A stretch of 64,000 nt of DNA from Candidatus Gottesmanbacteria bacterium (GCA_023245415.1 JAHFKJ010000004.1:2798-66797); one strand, 5' to 3'. Shown: positions 31,286 to 41,145, numbered from the stretch's first letter. Translations and numbers: made by a program. Notes: generated by a model from the letters alone, not told the origin.

Positions 31286-31873
31286 TTAGCTTTTAGCAAT
31301 TGAGCTCATCCATTTGACAAATCGCTGTTCCTGGTTCAAATTACCTATCCAAGGTACTTTTAAAACTCTCGGATCGTTGAATGCTGATCCCCCTCTAAAT
31401 CCATTTACCTGTTCTGATACAGCAATAAAACCATGCTTATATCCATGGGGGCGTAAACGATAATAATCTACTCGAGCGGCTTGTCCTATACTTAAGGTTG
31501 GCTCATTTGAATACTTTTTAGTGGGAATGTGTACTACTCCTACAGCCTGACTAAATGAATCGGTAAATCCAATAGTATTTCTATCGAGGTTCACTAGTAC
31601 GAGCGCGTTATGATTTTCAAACACCTGTTGAATTACTCGAGTATTTGGAACATATTTGACAATATCCCATTCCCTTAGTTTACCAAGCACTGTCAGAGTA
31701 TTATGTTGTTGTCCCATTGTCTCATCCGCTCGATCAAACCCAAATGATTCCAAATAGTCTGAAATTTGTTCCTCAAAATTTAATTCGGCAAAATCAACCT
31801 CAACACCAGTTTGACCTTGTGGTGGCGAAATTTCTGTTCCGTCTTCACTTAGCATGGTTAAATTGCACCACAC
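31286..31873 (-). CDS. hypothetical protein (GC-rich, probably foreign)
   Basis: 195 aa ORF with elevated GC, adjacent to previous. Confidence 0.45.
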   Translation of the reverse strand: MWCNLTMLSEDGTEISPPQGQTGVEVDFAELNFEEQISDYLESFGFDRADETMGQQHNTLTVLGKLREWDIVKYVPNTRVIQQVFENHNALVLVNLDRNTIGFTDSFSQAVGVVHIPTKKYSNEPTLSIGQAARVDYYRLRPHGYKHGFIAVSEQVNGFRGGSAFNDPRVLKVPWIGNLNQEQRFVKWMSSIAKS

Positions 31874-32048
31874 TTCAGTTTGAGTTAGTTTTGATGCTAC
31901 TTTGCACCCCTGGTAGGATTCTCTTCGGCTATTTCAGCTCTCATTGAACTTGCCGAAGTGCTCCCCCTAAAGGACTTTCTGCAACTACAAGTTAGAGTTT
32001 GATTTAAGTTTAAACTAAAATCAAAATGGTCTTTGAAACGGTTCAACT

Positions 32049-33239
32049 TCAGCCAGCCTTAGTCTGATTAAATCTCTTAAAAGCGAACAAAATCATTAGT
32101 AATAATCCAAGAATTAAGGCATTAAACTGCAAAGCTATCCTAATTCCAAAACGGTCGCTTATCATACCCAAAAACGGAATAAATAAGGCATAAATCAATC
32201 TTCTGACTAAACTTTGAAACGACAAAATAGTCGCAGCCCTTTCTGGGGGAATTAAAGTTAAAGTCTTTCCACTTATTAAAGTTTGGTTTACAACAACAAT
32301 CATACTAAATATTGAAAACAATGGAATAACAAAGATACTTGGAAACGCCCCCAAAATAAACATTGAAAATATAGCAAGTAAACCAATAACAACAAAAGCT
32401 TTATCTTTTAACCACAAATCAATCTTATAAGTTAAAAATTTTGAACAATAAGCGGAAAACAAACTGAAAGAGGCAAAAATAAAACCAAAATATACAATCG
32501 GAACTTTAAGCATCTGGAAATAGGGTTGGGGAAACCAATAAGCCGCAAATACCAAAGAGTTAATTGTAGCAAAATATAAAGTGAGCCAGAGAACTTTGCT
32601 ATTTGATTTTACTATCTGAACACTTTCTTTGATTATTCGAAGATAATTTGTTTTTTCTTCCCTTGGCAATTCATTCTCGGTATTTGAAAACGAGAAACCA
32701 ACTATTAATGCTATAAAAGTTGAAATGCCTGTTGCAATAAGAGTTAAACCCAACGAGACTGAACCAATAAATCCACCACCGATATTCCCCAGCGCTTGAA
32801 AGATTTGACTTAGCGCTCTAACTCCACCCTCTGTTTTATTGAAATCCTTATCTTTACCAAGAGATTTTAGGGTTTGATGGATAAAAGCCCTATCTGCACC
32901 AGAAATAAAAGCCATACCTGCAGCTATAGTCAATTCTCCAATAGCAAACTGCCAAAAATGGGAACTTAAACCATACCAAAATAGACCAATACTAAAAAAT
33001 AGTGAGCCGAAAATCAGACTTATCTTTTTACCGAAATAGTCAGCAAAACCGCCTGTTGGCAATTCCAATATCAATGCTCCAATAGCATAAATTGATTGCA
33101 AAGTAAAAATTTGGGTCATATTCAAACCCTTTGACTGCCAAAAAAGAACAATAACTGGAAAAAAGAAGGCAAGGCTGTTAAACGCCTCAAACAAGTAGTA
33201 TTTCTTTATGTTACCCTCCAAACGAGCGTCATTGTCCAT
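32049..33239 (-). CDS. MFS transporter
   Basis: 396 aa, 12 predicted TM segments, MFS-like loop motifs. Confidence 0.8.
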   Translation of the reverse strand: MDNDARLEGNIKKYYLFEAFNSLAFFFPVIVLFWQSKGLNMTQIFTLQSIYAIGALILELPTGGFADYFGKKISLIFGSLFFSIGLFWYGLSSHFWQFAIGELTIAAGMAFISGADRAFIHQTLKSLGKDKDFNKTEGGVRALSQIFQALGNIGGGFIGSVSLGLTLIATGISTFIALIVGFSFSNTENELPREEKTNYLRIIKESVQIVKSNSKVLWLTLYFATINSLVFAAYWFPQPYFQMLKVPIVYFGFIFASFSLFSAYCSKFLTYKIDLWLKDKAFVVIGLLAIFSMFILGAFPSIFVIPLFSIFSMIVVVNQTLISGKTLTLIPPERAATILSFQSLVRRLIYALFIPFLGMISDRFGIRIALQFNALILGLLLMILFAFKRFNQTKAG

Positions 33240-33516
33240 ACTTCTAATTATAACTTAATGTTAAATAATGAAAAAATAGAGATATAACGAAGTTTTCCTG
33301 AAAAAGTAATGTCTATGATATATGAAGAAAAACTTGCAAACGTAGTCTTCAAACTAAAAAAAAGAAAGAAAAATTACAAGAAAGGGTTACAAATTATCCA
33401 AACGGTTTTTGAAACCTTTGACATTCAACCGGTATACGCCTAAAGATTGGTTACCGAATTAACCAACTGTATAGGCACTTTATGCTAGAATGCCCACAGC
33501 TTAATATAATCACTTT

Positions 33517-34107
33517 ATGTCAATGTCAAAACTTATTTACTCGCTAATTACCTCTCTTGATGGCTATATGGCGCCGGCGGACGAAAGTGGAACATGGGCT
33601 AAGCCAAACAAGGAAGTGGACGCTTTTATGGGTGACTTAAAACGACCAATCGGCACCTATCCATATGGACGAAAAATGTACGAGACTTTGGTCGATTGGA
33701 GTACTATGAATTTAGAGAATGAACCAGGTGTTACAGGAGACCACGTTCAAACTTGGAAGACAGCCGACAAAATAGTTTACTCGAAAACGCTCGATAAAGT
33801 ATCGAGTTCTAAAACGTTTATAAAAACGAACTTTGAGCCAGAAGATATTAAACGACGAAAACAAAGCTCGACTAGCGATCTAAGCATAGGTGGTCCTCAT
33901 ATTGCTGCTGAGGCTATAAAAGCTGGCTTTATTGACGAATATCACCAATTTATAGCACCTGTCACAATAGGGTCAGGTAATGCTTGGTTACCTGATAATG
34001 TTCGCGTAAACCTTGAACTAGTTAACCAAAAACGATTCCCGAACGGCTTTATATATCTTCGCTATCAAGTCATATACAATCATATACAAGGACGGTCCTC
34101 AAACTAG
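33517..34107 (+). CDS. dihydrofolate reductase family protein (RibD C-terminal-like), paralog C; C-terminus (QGRSSN*) encoded by repeat copy B
   Basis: LIYSLITSLDGYMAP typical RibD_C start; last 6 codons inside the 55-bp repeat. Confidence 0.75.
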   Translation: MSMSKLIYSLITSLDGYMAPADESGTWAKPNKEVDAFMGDLKRPIGTYPYGRKMYETLVDWSTMNLENEPGVTGDHVQTWKTADKIVYSKTLDKVSSSKTFIKTNFEPEDIKRRKQSSTSDLSIGGPHIAAEAIKAGFIDEYHQFIAPVTIGSGNAWLPDNVRVNLELVNQKRFPNGFIYLRYQVIYNHIQGRSSN

Positions 34108-34145
34108 TTACCACAACAACCTAAACAAAGCATAGTTTTATTAAC
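34089..34145 (+). repeat. 55-bp island repeat, copy B
   Basis: aggacggtcctcaaactagttaccacaacaacctaaacaaagcatagttttatt. Confidence 0.9.
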
Positions 34146-34211
34146 TGCCTCTTTAGTTGATATGTTCAGAAACAGAAAGATTGAAATTTGTATTGCAAAC
34201 CAAGATATAAC

Positions 34212-34598
34212 CTAATCTAATTGAACAATTTGTATAAGGTTACCGCATGTATCATTAAATACAGCGATCGTTGATCCCGTAACTTTTGTTGGTTGCATCG
34301 TAAACCCCACACCCAGCTCTTTTAGTCTTTCATATTCTTTTTGAATATCTTCAACAAAAAATTGTGTAGCTGGTATACCTTGCGTCAAAATAGATTCTTG
34401 AAATTGCTTTGCCGCTGGATTTACGTTTGGCTCCAGAAGAAGCTCGGTTCCATTTTGTTCGTCAGGTGAGACAACCGTTAACCATCTGTAGTCCCCAACA
34501 GATATATCCTTTTTTTTCACAAAACCTAAAATCTCTGTATAAAATTTCAGAGCTTTCTCTTGTTCGTTTACAAATACACTCGTTATCTTTATTTTCAC
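34212..34598 (-). CDS. VOC-family (glyoxalase/bleomycin-resistance fold) protein
   Basis: 128 aa; MKIKITSVFVNEQEKALKFYTEILGF typical VOC N-terminus. Confidence 0.75.
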   Translation of the reverse strand: MKIKITSVFVNEQEKALKFYTEILGFVKKKDISVGDYRWLTVVSPDEQNGTELLLEPNVNPAAKQFQESILTQGIPATQFFVEDIQKEYERLKELGVGFTMQPTKVTGSTIAVFNDTCGNLIQIVQLD

Positions 34599-34702
34599 AC
34601 AATGATTATATCATGACGTTCCGCTGCGCGTGATGAAAAATATGAGTACATATTTTATTTCAAATTGACTTCAACTTCATACGTATGTATAATACATTTA
34701 TA

Positions 34703-34948
34703 ATGAAAACAATGACATGTAAACAACTATATGGACCATGTGATTCCCTGATCCATGGCGAAACCGCAGAAGAAATGATGGAGAATAGTAAAAAACATGC
34801 AATGGATATGGTTGCCAAAGGAGACCAGGTACATGGTAACGCAATTAAGGAAATGGGTGAAATGCACAAAAACATGGATGAAGCAGCGGTGAAACAGTGG
34901 ATGGAAAAGTTTCAAAAAGACTTCGACGCAATACCAGAAGACAAATAA
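34703..34948 (+). CDS. DUF1059-like small protein
   Basis: MKTMTCKQLYGPCDSLIHGETAEEMMENSKKH... matches the DUF1059 pattern; start at second Met 34703. Confidence 0.55.
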   Translation: MKTMTCKQLYGPCDSLIHGETAEEMMENSKKHAMDMVAKGDQVHGNAIKEMGEMHKNMDEAAVKQWMEKFQKDFDAIPEDK

Positions 34949-35092
34949 CTTTCTTCGCTCAACTACCACAAGTTACCGAACAATTCCTAATTTCTATTTA
35001 CCTCTTTTTTAGGTTCTCATGTCCAACTCTTGGTATTGAATTTTCAAGATTAAAATATCTGGCTCCACTTGGTGGAGGAAGTAACTTCAGAA

Positions 35093-35710
35093 TTATCCTA
35101 TTTTGATGGGTTCTGACGGTTCGTATGTTGCAATTATTACTCCGGTTGAGGTGATTTTTGTGTCAACCGCTTTAAACAGCTGCGGCTGTGTGCCGTTTGC
35201 GAACAATTTCTTGCCGGTGCCCAACGTCACCGGAAATGTCCAGATGTGCATTCGATCTATCAGATGATGTTGTAGGAGCGTTTGTATAAGATTGCCACTA
35301 CCCCATACCCAGAGATCAGGACCTGTGCCAGCTGGCGGATTAGTTTTCAGCTTTTTTATTTCCGCCACTATATCTCCCGTAATGAGCACTGAATTGTTCC
35401 AAGAAAGTTTCAAGGGTTTATGTGAAACAACGTACTTGCGCGTAGCGTTCCACGGTTTGGCTATGTGAGGTGCTTGTGTGTCAGTCGGCCAATAACCAGC
35501 AAAGATTTCGTAGGTGCGCCTTCCCAAGAGCAGCTCAAAAGGAGTGGTCATAAAATCATTTATTATCTTGCTCGACACTTCGTCTTCATAGTCTCCGCCT
35601 AACTGCCAACCTCCGTATGTAAAACCGTTTGATGTATCTTCCTGGGGTCCTCCCGGAGCTTGCATCACGCCGTCAAGAGTCATGAATGTCGTAGTGACGA
35701 TCTTTCTCAT
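35093..35710 (-). CDS. dihydrofolate reductase family protein (RibD C-terminal-like), paralog A'
   Basis: MRKIVTTTFMTLDGVMQAPGGPQEDTSNGFTYGGWQ; ~88% nt identity to 25755-26426, lacking a 42-bp insert. Confidence 0.8.
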   Translation of the reverse strand: MRKIVTTTFMTLDGVMQAPGGPQEDTSNGFTYGGWQLGGDYEDEVSSKIINDFMTTPFELLLGRRTYEIFAGYWPTDTQAPHIAKPWNATRKYVVSHKPLKLSWNNSVLITGDIVAEIKKLKTNPPAGTGPDLWVWGSGNLIQTLLQHHLIDRMHIWTFPVTLGTGKKLFANGTQPQLFKAVDTKITSTGVIIATYEPSEPIKIG

Positions 35711-35913
35711 ATGGACTTTTTTAGTCTACCAAATCTTAAATCAAAATACCTAACCTTTGATGGCTCGGCCTGACGGGTCAAAATAATTCTAGTTTTCATC
35801 AGTTAATTATACCAAAGTTCGAACGCTATTAAGGACGCACAATTGACCGCTAAAAAGCTCTGTGATAATCTTACTTACTATCAAATAGATAGTAAAATCA
35901 CCAGAACAATAAT

Positions 35914-36243
35914 ATGGGCGACCGCACTTTATATCACAACAAATATCAAAAAAAATACGGACTGAAAAAAAATGGCAGATTATTCTTTATGAAATGTGTT
36001 GGAGTTGCTTTCATTATTGTCGGTATTCTATCATTTGCTTTAGTGGTTTTGGTGGGTAGTCTATTTTTCCCAATCGGTCCTGATGGATTATCGCCACAAG
36101 ATGCTGTGATACAAAGGATAATGAGCAATTTGGAAATACTCAGTGGAGTTAGCTTCGTCGCTGGATTTTCCATCACCTGTCTGGGTTTTATTGTAGGTGT
36201 TTATAGATCTTCTTTAAAGTCAACGGGCCACTCCACCGGCTGA
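35914..36243 (+). CDS. hypothetical membrane protein
   Basis: 109 aa, 2 TM; followed 14 nt later by repeat copy C. Confidence 0.4.
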   Translation: MGDRTLYHNKYQKKYGLKKNGRLFFMKCVGVAFIIVGILSFALVVLVGSLFFPIGPDGLSPQDAVIQRIMSNLEILSGVSFVAGFSITCLGFIVGVYRSSLKSTGHSTG

Positions 36244-36257
36244 AGCGGGTGGTCTAG

Positions 36258-36310
36258 GGACGGTCCTCAAACTAACCTTTACAACAATCTAAATAGCATA
36301 ATTCTATTGG
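36258..36310 (+). repeat. 55-bp island repeat, copy C
   Basis: gggacggtcctcaaactaacctttacaacaatctaaatagcataattctattgg. Confidence 0.9.
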
Positions 36311-36407
36311 CTTCCCCACTTTGCAGATGTGTTCAGGTACCGAGAAATAGAGTTTAGAATGCGACCCGCTTATGCAACTATTTGACAATTTGAAGCTCCC
36401 CAAGAAT

Positions 36408-36779
36408 CTATGAACCCCGAAAAATCTTCTCCATCTTCCTACCCTTTGCCAACTCGTCCACCAGCTTATCCAGATACCGAACCTTCTGCGTCAACGGATT
36501 CTCGATTTCTTCTATGCGATATCCACAAATTACTCCGGTGATGAGACGTGCATTGGGGTTAAGCGTTGCCTGTTGGAAGAATCTTTCAAAAGTAGCATTT
36601 TCTTTTATTAGTTCCCGCAGATTCTTGTTGTCGAAGCCAGTTAGCCACTCTATTACTTGATTCAATTCTTCTTTTGTTCTCCCTTTCTTCTCCACCTTTA
36701 CGACATACATGGGATAGACCGAGGCGATGGTCATATTTGCGATCCGTTGATTGTGCGTGTTGGAATTATTCATATTCAT
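36408..36779 (-). CDS. DUF2200-like protein
   Basis: 123 aa; VYPMYVVKVEKKGRTKEELNQVIEWLTGF pattern. Confidence 0.55.
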   Translation of the reverse strand: MNMNNSNTHNQRIANMTIASVYPMYVVKVEKKGRTKEELNQVIEWLTGFDNKNLRELIKENATFERFFQQATLNPNARLITGVICGYRIEEIENPLTQKVRYLDKLVDELAKGRKMEKIFRGS

Positions 36780-37336
36780 TTAACCAACCTAAAAGTCATA
36801 CTTGTTCTAACAGGGGTAGTTTCTTCTATTTTAGTTCTTTCAAGCTTTATCTTATCTGTGTCTATATTTTCAAATAGTTTTAGTCCTTTTCCAAGAAGAA
36901 CAGGCATAATATCTATCTGTAATTCATCACATAACCCCGCATTGAGGCATTGCTGAACGGTGCTTGCGCCGCCTATTACCTGAACATCTTTGTCACTCGC
37001 TGTTTTCTTTGCCTGAGAAATAGCACTCTCAATACCATCAGTTACAAAGGTGAAGGTAAGTCTGTCATTTCCTTTGGGATACTTTGCTGGAGGTGTATGT
37101 GTCAAGACAAAAATGGGAGTTTGAAATTCATAAGTCTCGTTAGCCCACATAAATGGGTCTGCCATCTCATACACATGTCTTCCCATAATAGCAGCGCCTG
37201 TGTTTTTAATCATTTCCTGAAAAGTTGGAGCATCATGTAGTTCACTAAAATCTGAATAAAGCTTTTCTACACTTCCTTTGGAATCGTTAATGTATCCATC
37301 CAAAGACATACTCATTCCAGCAATTACTTTTCCCAT
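36776..37336 (-). CDS. dihydrofolate reductase family protein (RibD C-terminal-like), paralog B'
   Basis: MGKVIAGMSMSLDGYINDS...; ~93% identical to paralog B, with a near-identical 3' flank. Confidence 0.8.
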   Translation of the reverse strand: MGKVIAGMSMSLDGYINDSKGSVEKLYSDFSELHDAPTFQEMIKNTGAAIMGRHVYEMADPFMWANETYEFQTPIFVLTHTPPAKYPKGNDRLTFTFVTDGIESAISQAKKTASDKDVQVIGGASTVQQCLNAGLCDELQIDIMPVLLGKGLKLFENIDTDKIKLERTKIEETTPVRTSMTFRLVK

Positions 37337-37424
37337 GATGAAATTATAACAGAAGTTTCGAACGATCCAAAAAAGGGTATTAAAAAATGAGACTAATTAT
37401 ATTGGCTTCTCGTCGTAGAACAAA

Positions 37425-37643
37425 TCAGGAACTGCTTTGTTTCTTTATAAAGTGAATCAGAGTGAAATAAAGAACTACAAAAATGAGTAAACCTGCAGAA
37501 ATATCGAAAGCTGAAAAGTAACGAATCGGAGATGTAATTCCCATATTTTCTAATATGACGGTCCATTCTTCAACAATAATACCAAAACCAATAGAAATAA
37601 GGTATTTAGATTGAGGAGGTTTTCTAAAGATGAAGCCTAACAC
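37425..37643 (-). CDS. small hypothetical membrane protein
   Basis: 72 aa, 2 TM. Confidence 0.3.
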   Translation of the reverse strand: MLGFIFRKPPQSKYLISIGFGIIVEEWTVILENMGITSPIRYFSAFDISAGLLIFVVLYFTLIHFIKKQSSS

Positions 37644-37845
37644 TATGAGAAGAAAGCCTAAAAGGTAGTGATGAAAAGTCAGTTTGGTTTCAATAATCGC
37701 TGTGGTTATCTTTGGAGTATGGGAAAAAAAAGAGTATTGTAAATAAATTATTGCCCGAGTGGTAAAAGTTGATCTAATCTTTTTCTTTCATGAGGGTAGT
37801 ATATCAAAGGTGCAAATGTCCAACTCGGGATGAAGAAAATTCAAG

Positions 37846-37985
37846 GCTAATTTTATTGACTCCCCGCACCTGAGGAAGTCATAACCGCGGATTTCATGCC
37901 TATTATACAAGCCTTTCAGCATGTGGGATACAGAGGAGAGTTGCTGCAAAGGTGGGTGGAGATAAAGAAACTGCAAACCTATCTT
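37846..37985 (+). repeat. ~130-bp direct repeat, copy 1 (flanks the HTH-GHKL/STAS module)
   Basis: ~88% identical to 39066-39212; core gtcataaccgcggatttcatgcctattatacaagcctttcagcatgtgggatacagaggag. Confidence 0.85.
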
Positions 37986-38001
37986 TTGCAGTAAGATATG
38001 A

Positions 38002-38268
38002 TTACTGTTTTTTTAATATAGCCAAAGTAGCCTCAACAGAAGGATTATTGATGTTATCCAATCTAACCCTCTCTTTAAATTTCTGATGAAGCGGAGTTAA
38101 AAATTCGTCTGCCCAAGAAGGGGTTAATACTATAACACCAGTAAAATCCACAATAACTTCTTCTTCTGTAGATATCTGGCCTAGCACCGGTTGAAATGCT
38201 AACCACGCTTCTTTTCCTGAAGGACGTGATACTAAAGTTGTACCGAATTTCTTTAATTGTATGGTCAT
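38002..38268 (-). CDS. STAS-like (DUF4325-type) small protein, putative anti-anti-sigma/partner-switching component
   Basis: 88 aa; profile and size resemble STAS-like DUF4325 proteins encoded beside GHKL ATPases; overlaps upstream gene by 4 nt. Confidence 0.5.
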   Translation of the reverse strand: MTIQLKKFGTTLVSRPSGKEAWLAFQPVLGQISTEEEVIVDFTGVIVLTPSWADEFLTPLHQKFKERVRLDNINNPSVEATLAILKKQ

Positions 38269-39023
38269 GCTACTGCTTCAAAATGAATTATAGCCAAACA
38301 CCCGCTTATTGAAGTTTTTGCTTGATGTATTGCTAAATCATCATCACCTTGTTTTAAGTATAAATCGGCATTACCAGTTTGGTAATAGAGTGTAAAGGGA
38401 TTTTTTACAATAATTGATCGAACGAATTTTAAGCCGTTTCCTCTTGCTTCTGGATACCGACCAGAAATAGTTTCTGTAAAAGCAACTTTTATAGCTTCAT
38501 CTGAACTTTTCAAATTCGTACGCACTCTCTTTAATGTAGTAAGTATACCTTGTCCACGATCTGCTAATGCTACTTTCCTGTTTCGAATACTGTATGCGAA
38601 AAAGATACCAGGTATATCGGGCCAGTTTCCTAAATTATGATCGAAAGAATTATTCCCAATCTCTCCAGCAACGGCAGTAATAAGTGAAACAATCTCAATT
38701 GGAGCTACACTGCTTAGTTTTGATTGAAATTTCTCAAGTCTTGCTTGAAATACGTCACGAGATTGACAATACATATCGGGATTAGGTTCCGATGCTTGAA
38801 CTACTTCTACCCAATTCCGAGCAATAATGTCGACCTCTAACAAGAAATGATCAATATCTGACTGACGATAAAATCTATGACCTCGAGGACCACTACGAAA
38901 CGTAGGTAAACGACCAGCAAAATCCCATCTTCTCAGGGTATCTATTGAGACGTTAAGTAGTACGGCAACCTCACCAATGGACAAAAGCTTATCTTGCATC
39001 ATCATATGAGCAAATCTATGCAA
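38265..39023 (-). CDS. MerR/excisionase-type HTH fused to GHKL (histidine-kinase-like) ATPase domain
   Basis: N-terminus LSIGEVAVLLNVSIDTLRRWDFAGRL is an HTH_17/MerR-type HTH. C-terminal N-box EIGNNSFDH, G1 box ADRGQGI, G2 box ARGNGL are HATPase_c motifs as in RsbW/SpoIIAB-type kinases. Confidence 0.6.
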   Translation of the reverse strand: MHRFAHMMMQDKLLSIGEVAVLLNVSIDTLRRWDFAGRLPTFRSGPRGHRFYRQSDIDHFLLEVDIIARNWVEVVQASEPNPDMYCQSRDVFQARLEKFQSKLSSVAPIEIVSLITAVAGEIGNNSFDHNLGNWPDIPGIFFAYSIRNRKVALADRGQGILTTLKRVRTNLKSSDEAIKVAFTETISGRYPEARGNGLKFVRSIIVKNPFTLYYQTGNADLYLKQGDDDLAIHQAKTSISGCLAIIHFEAVA

Positions 39024-39065
39024 ATTATACCAAATCTATGCAAATCTATGCAAGCACTTAATTTT

Positions 39066-39212
39066 GAGGCTAAAATGATAGTGTTCCCCGCGCTTGACGA
39101 CGTCATAACCACGGATTTCATACCTACTATACAAACCTTTCAGCATGTAGGATACAGAGGAGAAATGCGGCAAAGGTAGATTAAAGTTTAGAAATTACAA
39201 ACCTCTCATCCA
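39066..39212 (+). repeat. ~130-bp direct repeat, copy 2
   Basis: see copy 1. Confidence 0.85.
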
Positions 39213-39283
39213 TTTACTCAAATCGATCAATAGAAACTGCATCAATGGATATTTTGTCATAAGGATATGATCCAAGGACGGTC

Positions 39284-39320
39284 CTCAAACTAATTGTTCC
39301 TAATGCGCTTGAAAGAAACT
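39284..39320 (+). repeat. 55-bp island repeat, copy D (degenerate: 18-bp core ggacggtcctcaaactaa retained, rest diverged)
   Basis: aaggacggtcctcaaactaattgttcctaatgcgcttg. Confidence 0.7.
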
Positions 39321-39822
39321 GAGTTAAAAATTCCCTGTTGAAAAAGAAATTGAATACTAATTGCAACATATGAAAATTAGTATAATGCCATTATGGCACT
39401 AAAACAACAACTTTTTGTCCGTAAATATTTGGAATTCAGGAATGCAACAAAAGCGGCTCTTTAGATTTATGATGTAAAAAACACCAACCCTGCTGGTGCG
39501 ATAGGTTGCAATAAATTAAAAAATATTAAGATCAAAAGTGAAATAGACAGGATTCTTGAGGCTGAAGAGTCTATACTCTTAACGTACTGTTAAATTAATT
39601 AATAACGTGATGAAATATTGTTCTGGACGAGAACAGCTTAAAGCAATAGATATAGTATATAAACTATTTGGTTATTTGTAACCCCCCATATACCCCCTTA
39701 TATTTTAATTAAAATTCTGAATAAGTGTCTCAAAAATACGGCTAATATTTTCTGGAAAAAATGGTCTGCATTACGGTGATATAATACGGATGAAAGAGAT
39801 TTATATTTAAATTAATATTAAA

Positions 39823-41145
39823 ATGAAGACTAAATGGAAACTCACATTAACAATAATTTTTTCCTTAACCCTATTTTTCTTCTCTTTTAATGTCAGTACC
39901 TCTTTTGCTAAAGATTGGAAAATTAATAAAATAATTTCAGGTAATGTAAATCCTTCTTATTTACAATTAGTGTCTGCAAAAAATGAATACGGTTTAGTTT
40001 GGGAAGATAATCGAGAAGCTGATTTAGAACTATATTTTTCCAGGATAAACAATAGTGGAGTAAAAATTGGTCAAGAAATAAAACTGACTGATGATACAGA
40101 GCACGACGAAACACCTGCTTTAGTTTGGAATGGTAAAGATTATGCTTTATTTTGGAGTCATAGCCGCAGTCAAATATATTTCACTCAGTTTAAAGAAAAT
40201 GGAAAGAAAATCATTGATAATAAATCATTAGAAGTTCATTCAAAGGGTTATGCCATCCATGTATCAGCAGTGTGGAATGGTGAAGAATACGGTGTCGTTT
40301 GGTGGGATGTACGGGATGCACCAGCTTGTAATCCTCCTGGTACAAGAGGTAGGGCTTTTTTTGCTAGAGTTGATAAAGATGGCAACATGATTGGTGAAGA
40401 AATACCTGTAAGTGATGCTTTTAGTAATCCTTGGCAAGATTATCACCCTTTAATGGTCTGGGATGGGGAAAATTATGCAATTTTTTGGAATGATAGCCGA
40501 GAAGGTGGAGAATGTACTGGTGGAGTTGGAGATGGAAATATTTACATGGCTAAAGTAAGTAGAAATGGAGAGAAAATATTAGGTGATATAAAACTACAGA
40601 GTAACGAACCTAGTCCACAACTTTGGGATATAGAGTGGGATGGTGTGAATTACGTCATCGGATATAACGGCAGAATTGCACAAGGTCATTTAGCAAAGAT
40701 GGACACTAATGGAAATACAATTCTAGTTGATCTTCCGATCAATTCCGACAATCAAGGGGGATCACCAATGATATCAGCTTATGATGATAAATATTATATT
40801 GCTTGGAGTGATTTTAGAGATCGTACTCCTGAAACTTTTTATAACACTGAAATTTACTATACAATCACTGATAAAAATGGAAATAAATTAATACCTGAAA
40901 CAAGAATTACCTATCAAGATGATTCACAAGCAAGAAACACTAAGATAACCTTCATTAAAAAATCAAAAGGAATAGCATGGTTAGATCTTAGAAGTGGTTT
41001 ACCTGAAGTCTATTTTGCATCAGAGAGTAATTATAAAATACCTTTGCCTAGTTTTACTTTTCAAATCCTTCCAACTATTCCCACACCTCCATCAAGTCCA
41101 TCCGCCCCTCCGATTCCATCTATGCTTCCATTTCCTACTTTTTGA
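39823..41145 (+). CDS. secreted repeat protein (beta-propeller-like W-x-G-x-Y repeats) with Pro-rich C-terminus
   Basis: Signal peptide; ~8 repeats of WNGKDYALFW / VWNGEEYGVVWWD / VWDGENYAIFWND / EWDGVNYVIGYNG type; ends PSSPSAPPIPSMLPFPTF. Confidence 0.55.
   Translation: MKTKWKLTLTIIFSLTLFFFSFNVSTSFAKDWKINKIISGNVNPSYLQLVSAKNEYGLVWEDNREADLELYFSRINNSGVKIGQEIKLTDDTEHDETPALVWNGKDYALFWSHSRSQIYFTQFKENGKKIIDNKSLEVHSKGYAIHVSAVWNGEEYGVVWWDVRDAPACNPPGTRGRAFFARVDKDGNMIGEEIPVSDAFSNPWQDYHPLMVWDGENYAIFWNDSREGGECTGGVGDGNIYMAKVSRNGEKILGDIKLQSNEPSPQLWDIEWDGVNYVIGYNGRIAQGHLAKMDTNGNTILVDLPINSDNQGGSPMISAYDDKYYIAWSDFRDRTPETFYNTEIYYTITDKNGNKLIPETRITYQDDSQARNTKITFIKKSKGIAWLDLRSGLPEVYFASESNYKIPLPSFTFQILPTIPTPPSSPSAPPIPSMLPFPTF

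Noticed and set aside
37788-39179. ORFs 37788-37976 (-) and 38994-39179 (+) of ~60 aa
   Set aside because: Both lie within the two copies of the ~130-bp direct repeat and are better explained as repeat sequence than as genes.
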